Below, one piece after another: positions 18,981-26,877 of a stretch of 64,000 nt of DNA. Positions within the stretch are counted from its first letter, which is position 1, and each line of letters begins with the position of its first letter. Origin of the DNA: an uncultured virus (IMG/VR IMGVR_UViG_3300042879_004844) (Duplodnaviria > Heunggongvirae > Uroviricota > Caudoviricetes); IMG/VR virus record IMGVR_UViG_3300042879_004844; one strand, written 5' to 3'. A program made the translations under genes and the position numbers. The notes beneath the pieces were generated by a model, which was not told where the DNA came from, did not search any database, and saw nothing but the letters and a program-made list of their open reading frames with translations.

Positions 18981-19271
18981 ATGAAAAAGACACAACCACC
19001 AAAAAGGCCGGTCACGGCCGACCGGATTCCCGACGCTCCCCCAGTCGATCGCGGAGTCATGAAGTCCCCCTACAATCACCGGACACGCAGTCTCGTTCGG
19101 ACATTCATCGACACCTTCGAGGACGAGGCGGCAAAGCGCCGTCTCCGTTCTCAGATGCGTGACCTCACCACATTCACCCAGATCCGCGACTACATGCAAC
19201 TCCTCGTCTCGACAGAGACCATCGATGCTCTCGTCGTCTCGTGGTTCGACGACGGAATGAAGGACGACTGA
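18981..19271 (+). CDS. Hypothetical protein
   Basis: ATG at 18981 (MKKTQPPK) preceded by the shared promoter geometry and CTGTC-ATG. Confidence 0.6.
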   Translation: MKKTQPPKRPVTADRIPDAPPVDRGVMKSPYNHRTRSLVRTFIDTFEDEAAKRRLRSQMRDLTTFTQIRDYMQLLVSTETIDALVVSWFDDGMKDD

Positions 19272-19272
19272 C

Positions 19273-19380
19273 ATGCGTGTCTTTGCGATGATCGGACTCG
19301 TCGTTTCCTGGGCAGGGCTTCTGCTCTTCGGCGGCTGGCTCGCATTCAGAGAGAAGGAGAACAACAAATGGCCATCATGA
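19273..19380 (+). CDS. 35-aa membrane peptide
   Basis: Manual translation MRVFAMIGLVVSWAGLLLFGGWLAFREKENNKWPS fills the gap between two ORFs. Confidence 0.45.
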   Translation: MRVFAMIGLVVSWAGLLLFGGWLAFREKENNKWPS

Positions 19381-19616
19381 CTGACAAGGAACGAGAGGCA
19401 GAGGTCGCGCGCCTGCGCGCCGTTCTGCAGAAGGGAAAATTTACCGTCGTCGAGATGGCATCGATTCGAGGCCGCATCGGAGGATTGGTCGGCGCAGGAC
19501 ATCCCGGACGTCGACTCGGAGGGATACGTGGGGCCGAGGCCCGCTGGGGAAAGACTCGCAAGAGTTCGGACCGGCGGAAGGACTCCGCGTCACCGAGAGG
19601 CAAGAGGAAGAAGTGA
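19368..19616 (+). CDS. Basic Gly/Arg-rich hypothetical protein
   Basis: GRIGG / RLGGIRG..ARWGK motifs. Confidence 0.5.
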   Translation: MAIMTDKEREAEVARLRAVLQKGKFTVVEMASIRGRIGGLVGAGHPGRRLGGIRGAEARWGKTRKSSDRRKDSASPRGKRKK

Positions 19617-19702
19617 CGCCGACCCGTGCCGGGCGAGGGAGCTCCGATCGTCGTGGGTTTCGATCCCTCCCTCCCCGGCCAAAACTTTTTTGAAAAAAAA
19701 GA

Positions 19703-19744
19703 TTCGCATGTGGCTGGCAGCTTGGTAGTATCTTCTCTGTCATG
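19703..19744 (+). promoter_or_regulatory. Early promoter, short-leader family
   Basis: A/T tract, TTCGCA-N17-TAGTAT-N10-ATG; spacer contains TGGCTGGCAGC. Confidence 0.65.
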
Positions 19745-20245
19745 AGTCAAAAACCCGCAATAACCACAGGCTCTCCGTGTGCAGTCAAGATCAACGGAGA
19801 ATTCACGCCAGCGACCTACGTCGACTGGTCAGACAAGTATAACCTGCCGATCGTGATGGTCAGAGGACGCCGCATGTATCGTCGCATCTTCGATGCCGGC
19901 GCGACCGGCGTTCTGCGAGCCAGTTCTTCCAAGAAGACCGTGCCGCTGATCGACAGGCTGCCTCCTCCGCCGGCTCCGTCCGAGTCAGACCGCCCGAGTC
20001 TGCTCGAGATGAACCGCGTGCGAGTCGTGCCACTCAACACGCGACTCCGTGAGGGCGACATCATCGACCACTACGGAGTCCGCGCCACCGTCGTCCGCGT
20101 CAGCGACTGCTCGGCAGACGTCGAGCTGCCTCGTCAGGCGCGCGAGATCACGACCAGAGACGGCGACAGCCGCACCGTGATCGGCAGCCCGCGCGTCATC
20201 CGCATCAGCCCCAACTCCGAACTCCCGATCCTCGGACGCCGATGA
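19742..20245 (+). CDS. Hypothetical early protein
   Basis: 167 aa directly behind the promoter. Confidence 0.65.
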   Translation: MSQKPAITTGSPCAVKINGEFTPATYVDWSDKYNLPIVMVRGRRMYRRIFDAGATGVLRASSSKKTVPLIDRLPPPPAPSESDRPSLLEMNRVRVVPLNTRLREGDIIDHYGVRATVVRVSDCSADVELPRQAREITTRDGDSRTVIGSPRVIRISPNSELPILGRR

Positions 20246-20487
20246 AGATCACCGACACCACGCCCTGCCTCGAGGTCTATCTCGACGAGGAGACCGGCCA
20301 CGCCGCTCGCCTGATCGTCGACCGTGAGGGAGAACTGTTCGGCGAACCAGGGAGATACTGGATCGCCTACCGGCTCGGTCACGGCAACGGCGAGGACATC
20401 ACCGAGTTCTCGGCGCACAGGACTCGCAAGAGTGTTAAGGCGTTTCTTCGCGGCATCCGCCAGGCCAGAATGAGGAAGGCAGCATGA
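20242..20487 (+). CDS. Hypothetical protein
   Basis: ATGA-coupled 81-aa ORF. Confidence 0.6.
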   Translation: MKITDTTPCLEVYLDEETGHAARLIVDREGELFGEPGRYWIAYRLGHGNGEDITEFSAHRTRKSVKAFLRGIRQARMRKAA

Positions 20488-20738
20488 GCGACTCCAAGCC
20501 ACATCCCAAGTTCATCGGCACGTTTGCTCTCACGCCCACCGAGGCGTGGGAGCAGTATCGTGACACGCTGTTCGCGCACCACATCGAGGACATGCCTGAC
20601 CACATGGACTCGGCGCTTCATCTGGCCTTCATGGTCGGACTGTCGCATGGCGCGATGCTGCAGGGCGAGCTCGCCCGCGGCTGCGTTGAGTTTGTCAATG
20701 ACCGCATCCACGAGATGCTTGATCCCACGAAACAATGA
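20484..20738 (+). CDS. Hypothetical protein
   Basis: ATGA-coupled 84-aa ORF. Confidence 0.6.
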   Translation: MSDSKPHPKFIGTFALTPTEAWEQYRDTLFAHHIEDMPDHMDSALHLAFMVGLSHGAMLQGELARGCVEFVNDRIHEMLDPTKQ

Positions 20739-20893
20739 GCACATCCGAAGACACCCAGAGACCGCCAGACGAGATCCCATGCCGTGGCACTCGCCCGCGA
20801 CGCACGCCGGAGGAGGACGCCGAGTGGGAGGCAGAGAAGCGCCTCGAGCACGACGCCGACCGCTGCTGCGGCCACGACTGGAGCAACATCTGA
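20735..20893 (+). CDS. 52-aa hypothetical protein (absent from ORF track)
   Basis: ATGA-coupled; MSTSEDTQRPPDEIPC...HDWSNI ends 2 nt before the helicase start. Confidence 0.5.
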   Translation: MSTSEDTQRPPDEIPCRGTRPRRTPEEDAEWEAEKRLEHDADRCCGHDWSNI

Positions 20894-20895
20894 CC

Positions 20896-22257
20896 ATGGC
20901 CGAGTTCCGCCCATACCAGCAGGAGGCTGCCCGCCGACTCTCGGAGATTCTCTCTGAGAGGGGTTTTGCCCTTGATGCCTCTGACACCGGCATCGGCAAG
21001 ACCTTCACGGCCATTGCCACGGCACTCGAGTTCGAAGACCAGGACGGGCACATTCCGCGGATCGCCGTGATCTGCCGCGCCCGCGCCATCACAAAGTGGA
21101 AGGTCGCCCTCGGGCAATTCGGCATCGTGCCAGAGTTTGTCATGAGCTGGGAAAAGGCCCGCGGCGGCCGCAACGAGGACTTCATCCCGATCCGCAACCG
21201 ACTCGGCCGCGTCCGCGCCTTCAATTTTGTCATGCCCCATCCGATGATCCTCATCATCGACGAGATCCATGCCGGCGGAGGTCTCAAGAGTCAGAACGCC
21301 GAGCTCGTCATCGCGGCGCAGCGAAATCCGAATGTCCTCGTGCTCGGCCTCTCTGCGACTCCGGCAGACTCGCCCCTCAAGATGCGAGCCCTCGGCTTCT
21401 GCACCGGAATGCACCGGCTCGACAACGACTTCTGGAACTGGTGCCGCAGGAACGGCTGCGTGCGCAGTCCGTTCGGTGGTCTCTACTTCCGCAAGGGAGA
21501 CCGTGACCGAGTGCTCGGCGACATCCACCGGACTCTCTTCGACGGTCCCGACTGCTGGGGACTCCGTCTCCGCAAGAAAGATCTCTTTGAGGCCGGACAG
21601 TTCCCCGAGGCCCAGACCACGGTCGAGCTGTGGGATCTTCCAGATTCCCCGCCGTCCTGGCTCGGATCCTGGCTCAGTCTGGTCGACGACGACGAGCAGG
21701 CCGACGTGGAGCGTCACGAGGGAAATCCCAGTCCCGGCATCCTCGCGATTCGAGACCGGCAGCGCGCCGAGCTCTTCAAGGTCCCGGCCCTGATCGAGGA
21801 GATCGAGGACCGGTTCGAGGAAGGCGAGTCCGTCATCGTGTTTGTCCAGTTCACCAGGACGATCCAGGTCATCTCCGAGCGTCTCGGCACGATTGACCAT
21901 AGGGTGCTCGACGGCAAGAGGTCTCGGCGCGACCAGGAGGCGGCCGTGCATGATTTCCAGTCCGGCCTGGTCAGGGTCCTGGTCTGCCAGGTCGACGCGG
22001 GATCCGAGTCGATCGACCTGCACGACACGCACGGGTCGAGACCTCGCCACGTGATCGTGTTCCCGACCTACAAGGCCGTGACCCTCATCCAGGTCCTTGG
22101 TCGGGCCGTCCGATCGGGAGCCAAGAGTCCCGTCGTCCAGCGCATCGTCTACTCGTCGACCGGCATCGAGTCGAAGATAGCCAGGGCCGTGGAGCGCCGA
22201 CTCGAGAACCTTTCCTTGCTGACAGATGGTGAACTCAACATGGAGGGAATGATATGA
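20896..22257 (+). CDS. Superfamily 2 (SNF2-like) helicase
   Basis: Start MAEFRPYQ; DTGIGKT, IIDEIH, LSATP and QVLGRAVR motifs. Confidence 0.9.
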   Translation: MAEFRPYQQEAARRLSEILSERGFALDASDTGIGKTFTAIATALEFEDQDGHIPRIAVICRARAITKWKVALGQFGIVPEFVMSWEKARGGRNEDFIPIRNRLGRVRAFNFVMPHPMILIIDEIHAGGGLKSQNAELVIAAQRNPNVLVLGLSATPADSPLKMRALGFCTGMHRLDNDFWNWCRRNGCVRSPFGGLYFRKGDRDRVLGDIHRTLFDGPDCWGLRLRKKDLFEAGQFPEAQTTVELWDLPDSPPSWLGSWLSLVDDDEQADVERHEGNPSPGILAIRDRQRAELFKVPALIEEIEDRFEEGESVIVFVQFTRTIQVISERLGTIDHRVLDGKRSRRDQEAAVHDFQSGLVRVLVCQVDAGSESIDLHDTHGSRPRHVIVFPTYKAVTLIQVLGRAVRSGAKSPVVQRIVYSSTGIESKIARAVERRLENLSLLTDGELNMEGMI

Positions 22258-22454
22258 AACGAATGATCGATCGAATCGTCGGCTGGCTCGACAGGGCCAG
22301 TGAGTGCCCCAGGCTTCATGCCGCGGGATTCCGCTTCTGCCATGAGCAGTCTCGGTGGATGCTGGAAGACCGGGTCTTTCCGACTCGCCACTCGGCCATG
22401 GAACACCTGCGTGACCTCACGGTCAGGGCCGCTCTCAGGAGGATGGCGTCATGA
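22254..22454 (+). CDS. Hypothetical protein
   Basis: Coupled 66-aa ORF. Confidence 0.5.
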   Translation: MKRMIDRIVGWLDRASECPRLHAAGFRFCHEQSRWMLEDRVFPTRHSAMEHLRDLTVRAALRRMAS

Positions 22455-22642
22455 CGCGGGGATTCAGTCTCAACGCCGTGCTTGCGGCCCTGTGCCTGTT
22501 CTGGGCGGCCGCCGTGTCGCTCGCGATCCTGCATCTCGGATCTCGCCACCGTCCAGAACCTGATCTCAGTCTCTGTCCACTGTGCAGCAGACCTGTTCCT
22601 CCATCGCAGACAGAGTGGCAGCTTCATCCAGAGACTCCATGA
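22451..22642 (+). CDS. Small membrane protein with CPLC motif
   Basis: N-terminal hydrophobic helix; coupled on both sides. Confidence 0.5.
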   Translation: MTRGFSLNAVLAALCLFWAAAVSLAILHLGSRHRPEPDLSLCPLCSRPVPPSQTEWQLHPETP

Positions 22643-23184
22643 ACTGCCAGATCGGATCACTGCCTCGGCACCAGTATGTCTGGGTCGACTCGAGATTCAC
22701 CCACGAGGAGCCGTGCGGCTTCGTGCCCGCCGTCTGGTTTGGTCTCGTCTCGATCCCGGGTCGTGCCTGGGGCTGCAACGTCATGTTTGAATCTGGAGCC
22801 GTCTACCGCTCGGTGCCGCCGCACGCGATCGCGTTCAGCGAGAATCCCGAGACCGACTGGGAGATCGACGACGCCGAGCTGTGGGACTGCTACGGATACG
22901 ACTGGCACGCGACCGAATACACCTATCTCCGTGGCCTCAAGTGCGATGCCATCATCAAGGGAGAAGATCATCCGGGCACGTATCTCTTTACCGCAGTCCC
23001 GATCGGCGACGGCTTTTCCGACGCGCCCGACCAGGCGAAGGAATTCATGTTCATCTGGCTCGACAACGACCGCCTCACGATTCAGCCGACGAACCGCGTT
23101 CTCTTTGAGGACCGCAGCTTCACCGATGCGTCTCATGGAGTGCCGCGTCTTCGCCTGCAGAGCGAGATCTATTCCTGCGAGTGA
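22639..23184 (+). CDS. Phage hypothetical protein
   Basis: Start MNCQIGSLP at 22639; SIPGRA, ELWDC, YLFT and QPTNR motifs resemble a family I recall from aquatic phages. Confidence 0.65.
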   Translation: MNCQIGSLPRHQYVWVDSRFTHEEPCGFVPAVWFGLVSIPGRAWGCNVMFESGAVYRSVPPHAIAFSENPETDWEIDDAELWDCYGYDWHATEYTYLRGLKCDAIIKGEDHPGTYLFTAVPIGDGFSDAPDQAKEFMFIWLDNDRLTIQPTNRVLFEDRSFTDASHGVPRLRLQSEIYSCE

Positions 23185-23213
23185 TGAAAAGTTTTCTGCG
23201 CAGAAAATATGCA

Positions 23214-23254
23214 TTTACTTGGCAGCCAGCCACGATAATGTCGCGCATGTCATG
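23214..23254 (+). promoter_or_regulatory. Promoter, short-leader family
   Basis: TTTACT-N16-TAATGT-N10-ATG; spacer begins TGGCAGCCAGCC. Confidence 0.65.
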
Positions 23255-23728
23255 AGTATCCATCTTCGCCCAACTGTCGACGAGTATGCGATGGTCCTGG
23301 CCTGTGCCGCTGCCCTCCGTTCCGAGGATCCCAGTCGCAAGGTCGGAGCCGTCGCGCTCGATCATGAGAACCGCGTCATCGCCACCGCCTACAACGGACT
23401 CCCATCTGGATGGGACGTCGCCGACGACTGGTGGCAGAACGACGACCAGCGCCGCAAGTTTGTCGTGCACGCCGAGTCCAATCTCTGCAGCCTGACCCAC
23501 CGCGGAGCCGTCAGGACCGTCGCCTGCACGACGATCCCGTGCGGTCCCTGCGCGCTCAATCTCATCGCGCACGGCGTCAAGCGCGTCGTCTATGGTCTGA
23601 CCTATCCGCGCGACGTCGCCGGCATGGAGATTCTCGACGAATACGGCGTCGAGCTCATCCACATGCCACTCAACCACATCAAGAGCTACATCACTCGCCT
23701 CTCCGATTCCCATGAACTCCCAGGTTGA
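23252..23728 (+). CDS. dCMP deaminase
   Basis: Start MSIHLRP; RSEDPSRKVGA, AYNG, HAESN and PCGPC zinc motifs. Confidence 0.9.
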   Translation: MSIHLRPTVDEYAMVLACAAALRSEDPSRKVGAVALDHENRVIATAYNGLPSGWDVADDWWQNDDQRRKFVVHAESNLCSLTHRGAVRTVACTTIPCGPCALNLIAHGVKRVVYGLTYPRDVAGMEILDEYGVELIHMPLNHIKSYITRLSDSHELPG

Positions 23729-24875
23729 TCACACGTCACGAGGCCACTCGCGCATCAGTCCGTCAAGGCTGAAGCCGCTGCAGATCTGCCCCGGCTACGA
23801 GTCCGACGACACGCCGTCTGCGGCAGCCGCTCGCGGAACCACGCTGCATGAGGTCATGGACACCGGCAAGATTCCTGCCACGCTGACAGACGAGGACCGC
23901 GAGGTCGCAGAGCAGACGCTCGCCCTGCTCGCCGACGCCGAGAGTCAGTCACCTTATGAGCCTCTGAAGGAGGTCGAGCTCGACTTTCGACCCCTCAAGT
24001 TCCGTGACTTCGACAAGGGGCATGCCGACCGGGTCATCGTGCTCGAGGCAGACGCCGACCACGAGCCGGTCTCTGTCGAGCTGATCGACTTCAAGTTTGG
24101 CCGCTGGGAGGTCGACCATGTGTCAGAGAACATCCAGTTCCGGGCCTACGCCCTCGGTCTGTTCATCCTGTTTCCGACCATCGAGAAGATCCGAGTCCGC
24201 CTGATTCAGCCGGCCCTGAAGGTCGACGACACGCACCTTTTCACCCGCAAGAAGGACTATGAGGTGATCGTGTCGCAGGTCGGAGCAATTGTTCGTCGCC
24301 GCCACCGGTGGCTGGAGACACAGGACAACGACATGCTGCGTCCGCATCCAGACATCTGTGGCTTCTGCGCCCGCCAGGCCAGCTGCTCGGCGTGGCAGCG
24401 CTACATGGTCAAGCTCGCCAACGACGCAGATCTGTTTGGCCACGAGATCGCGCCTCTCACGAGCCTCGAGTCGCCCGAGACCGCCGACCCAGAGGAGGTC
24501 GTCAGGGCGTTTCGCTGGATCAAGCCCATGGAGGACTATCTCAAGAAGTTCAAGCGTTTCGTGCTGGCAGTCCATGACGCGGGCCGACTGTCCGAGGGAG
24601 TCACAATCGTCGAGAAGTCTGGGGACACCTCAATCGTCGATCCCATCGCCGCGGCGAAGCTCTTGGAGTCTGAATTTGGCGTCACGTTTGACGAATTCTT
24701 GTCGGCCTGCGATGTCTCGGTCACGAAGATCAAGCAGCTCGTGGGTCAGCACGCAAAGACCGGAGAAAAGGGCGGCATGCAGTCGCTCGCGGTCGACCGG
24801 CTCCACGAGACCGGACTAATCCAGCACGGCGCCAGAGTGCGCTATGCACAACTCAGCAGGGGGAAAAAATCATGA
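23712..24875 (+). CDS. PD-(D/E)XK exonuclease (DUF2800/Cas4-like)
   Basis: HSRISPS..CPG, GTTLH, GHAD...IDFKFG, QFRAYALG and CGFCARQASC motifs. Confidence 0.85.
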   Translation: MNSQVDHTSRGHSRISPSRLKPLQICPGYESDDTPSAAAARGTTLHEVMDTGKIPATLTDEDREVAEQTLALLADAESQSPYEPLKEVELDFRPLKFRDFDKGHADRVIVLEADADHEPVSVELIDFKFGRWEVDHVSENIQFRAYALGLFILFPTIEKIRVRLIQPALKVDDTHLFTRKKDYEVIVSQVGAIVRRRHRWLETQDNDMLRPHPDICGFCARQASCSAWQRYMVKLANDADLFGHEIAPLTSLESPETADPEEVVRAFRWIKPMEDYLKKFKRFVLAVHDAGRLSEGVTIVEKSGDTSIVDPIAAAKLLESEFGVTFDEFLSACDVSVTKIKQLVGQHAKTGEKGGMQSLAVDRLHETGLIQHGARVRYAQLSRGKKS

Positions 24876-25153
24876 GCAGAGAAGAGGCAATGCAAAAATT
24901 TCACGAGGTGCTGCACGAGATGCTGCCAGAACTGGGAGTCATCACCGAGGACACCGACATGCTCGACGACCTCGGTCTGCTCGATCTCGACCTCATCGAG
25001 GTGCAGCTCATGCTCGAGGAAAAATTTTCGATCCAGCTCGACGACGCGGACACTGATGCCATTGGCATCGGCAACTACCGAGTCGGCGACTGGCTCGACA
25101 GGATCATGACGATCCGAACACAGCAAGAACAACAAACCAAGGAAACCAAATAA
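24872..25153 (+). CDS. Acyl-carrier-protein-like protein lacking the pantetheine serine
   Basis: ITEDTDMLDDLGLLDLDLIEVQLMLEEKFSIQLDD aligns by eye with ACP [20 protein letters not shown], with DSL replaced by LDL. Confidence 0.7.
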   Translation: MSREEAMQKFHEVLHEMLPELGVITEDTDMLDDLGLLDLDLIEVQLMLEEKFSIQLDDADTDAIGIGNYRVGDWLDRIMTIRTQQEQQTKETK

Positions 25154-25154
25154 A

Positions 25155-26114
25155 ATGGCACTGATACAGAAACTGTCTCTCCGTCGCAAGACGGCCGAGA
25201 CTCCGAAGACATCCGACGCGCCCGTCGCCGAGGAAACACCAGTCGAGACACCCGAGGTGTCCGAAACACCGCAGCCCGCTGCACAGCCCGCGAAGCGCCT
25301 GATCACCAAGAAGGCACTCGCCCCGGAACCCGATGAGGACATCATCGAGGCCGAGGTCGAGCCGGCTCCCGCGCCATCGAAGAAACTGGCGACTCGCCAG
25401 CCCATCATCGAGGCAGACGAGGACGATGTCGCATCCGAGACGGCCGTCGTGTCCTACCGCCCCATGGCGATGGGTCAGATCGACGGAGCCATCTCCGAGC
25501 GCGATCTCATGCGCCCGCGCGTCAACATGGTGCAGTCCAACAGCTCGGATCTCGAGTCGAAGGGTTTCACCGTCGGACAGATCGTCGTCAATGGCGAGGT
25601 CCTCGTGTGGGACAAGGGCTACGACCCGCTCAACCTGATCCTCATGACCGGGCGCAAGAAGTTCATCCAGCGCCTGACCGACGAGGAATACAAGGATGGC
25701 GTCACCCCGATGATCTTCGACTCGCCGAAGGACGCGGAGAGCGCCGGATTCTCGACCAACTGGGACGGCAAGGAACCTCCCACGGCCGACCCGGGACTGT
25801 TCTGCCTCTTCCTGCTCGAGCAGCCCGAATACATCGAGCCAGACCCGATCTTCAGCCTCGAGCACGCGGAGCGCAAGTTCTGTCTGGCTGAAATGAAGTT
25901 CACCGGCGTCAACTATCGTGCGGCCACGGCGGCGCGCTGGCTGATGACTCAGTCGCAGACCAGCCTGATCCCCGATACCCGCATGTTCATGCTCGGACTC
26001 ACCTGCAGCCGTGAGAAGCAGAAGTCCGGCAACATCGTGACCGTGGCCAACTTCAAGAATCTCGGACGCCACAAGGATCCGGGCTTCGCCGAGTGGGTCC
26101 TCAGTCTGGGATAA
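25155..26114 (+). CDS. ssDNA-binding / recombination-type protein (putative)
   Basis: Low-complexity N-terminus then DLMRPRVNMVQSNS; position between exonuclease and polymerase. Confidence 0.55.
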   Translation: MALIQKLSLRRKTAETPKTSDAPVAEETPVETPEVSETPQPAAQPAKRLITKKALAPEPDEDIIEAEVEPAPAPSKKLATRQPIIEADEDDVASETAVVSYRPMAMGQIDGAISERDLMRPRVNMVQSNSSDLESKGFTVGQIVVNGEVLVWDKGYDPLNLILMTGRKKFIQRLTDEEYKDGVTPMIFDSPKDAESAGFSTNWDGKEPPTADPGLFCLFLLEQPEYIEPDPIFSLEHAERKFCLAEMKFTGVNYRAATAARWLMTQSQTSLIPDTRMFMLGLTCSREKQKSGNIVTVANFKNLGRHKDPGFAEWVLSLG

Positions 26115-26163
26115 ACATTTGGGTGACCGGGCGTCCTCTTTGCAGTGGCGCGCCCGGCAGCTC

Positions 26164-26877
26164 ATGACACCCGCGCTGGCAGACCGCGGCCAAAACGTCT
26201 GCCCCACTTTCATGCTTCTTCCGCATCTTCCATTTCATGTCCACCGTGTCCTCGTGACCGACTGCGAGTTCAAGAAGAACCGCCAGCCGATCGGGGTCAT
26301 CTACAGGTTTCTCGCGAACCTCACCGATGTCGCGACGATTCCCCGTCTCGACGTCACCAATGTCATCATCGGGGGACCGACGACCAGGTCTGAGCCATGG
26401 ATCTGGCGGGCCGCCGCCGAGAATCCGGCCGTCTGTGTCTCTGTCGAGGAGACGTCCGACGCCGGCGCGACTTCTCTCGAGGCCGAGGCCCGCAAGGCCT
26501 GGCAGTCGATGGCCGAAGAGTTTCAGCGCCGCGGACACTGGATGTCGCTCATTGGACTCCATGAGGATATCGTCATGCGGGCCGCCGAGCCGTTCCATCT
26601 GCGCGCCATCGAGATCCGCACGATGCATGACGACATGCTTGCTCGCATGTTCGCGACCGGCTCTGCCGAGATCGCCAGGGTCGCGTCGATGCTGCACTCG
26701 ATCGAAGAAAAACAGCAGGACCGCGAGCCAGAGTTCAAGACCACCCTGCAGAGGTTCATGTGGCCCGTCGTCGATGAGCTTCCAGACTGGGCCCAGAAGA
26801 GATATGACGAGGCACTCGCCGGCGGATACACAGTCCTGCAGAGCCGCTTCGCGCCACAGGAGGAGATGAGCGAATGA
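26164..26877 (+). CDS. Hypothetical protein
   Basis: ATG at 26164; coupled to the polymerase. Confidence 0.6.
   Translation: MTPALADRGQNVCPTFMLLPHLPFHVHRVLVTDCEFKKNRQPIGVIYRFLANLTDVATIPRLDVTNVIIGGPTTRSEPWIWRAAAENPAVCVSVEETSDAGATSLEAEARKAWQSMAEEFQRRGHWMSLIGLHEDIVMRAAEPFHLRAIEIRTMHDDMLARMFATGSAEIARVASMLHSIEEKQQDREPEFKTTLQRFMWPVVDELPDWAQKRYDEALAGGYTVLQSRFAPQEEMSE

Noticed and set aside
20524..20895. Extended ORF-track starts (helicase 20524, also 22676, 34245, 34990, 58716, 8041, 9215, 51701)
   Set aside because: Extensions overlap other genes or promoters; downstream ATGs fit coupling and domain boundaries better
23712..24875. Cas4-like nuclease as evidence of a CRISPR system
   Set aside because: No repeat-spacer array or other cas genes seen; context is a phage replication module
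24872..25153. Phage ACP as acyl donor for the MGG proteins
   Set aside because: It lacks the phosphopantetheine serine, so it should not carry acyl chains
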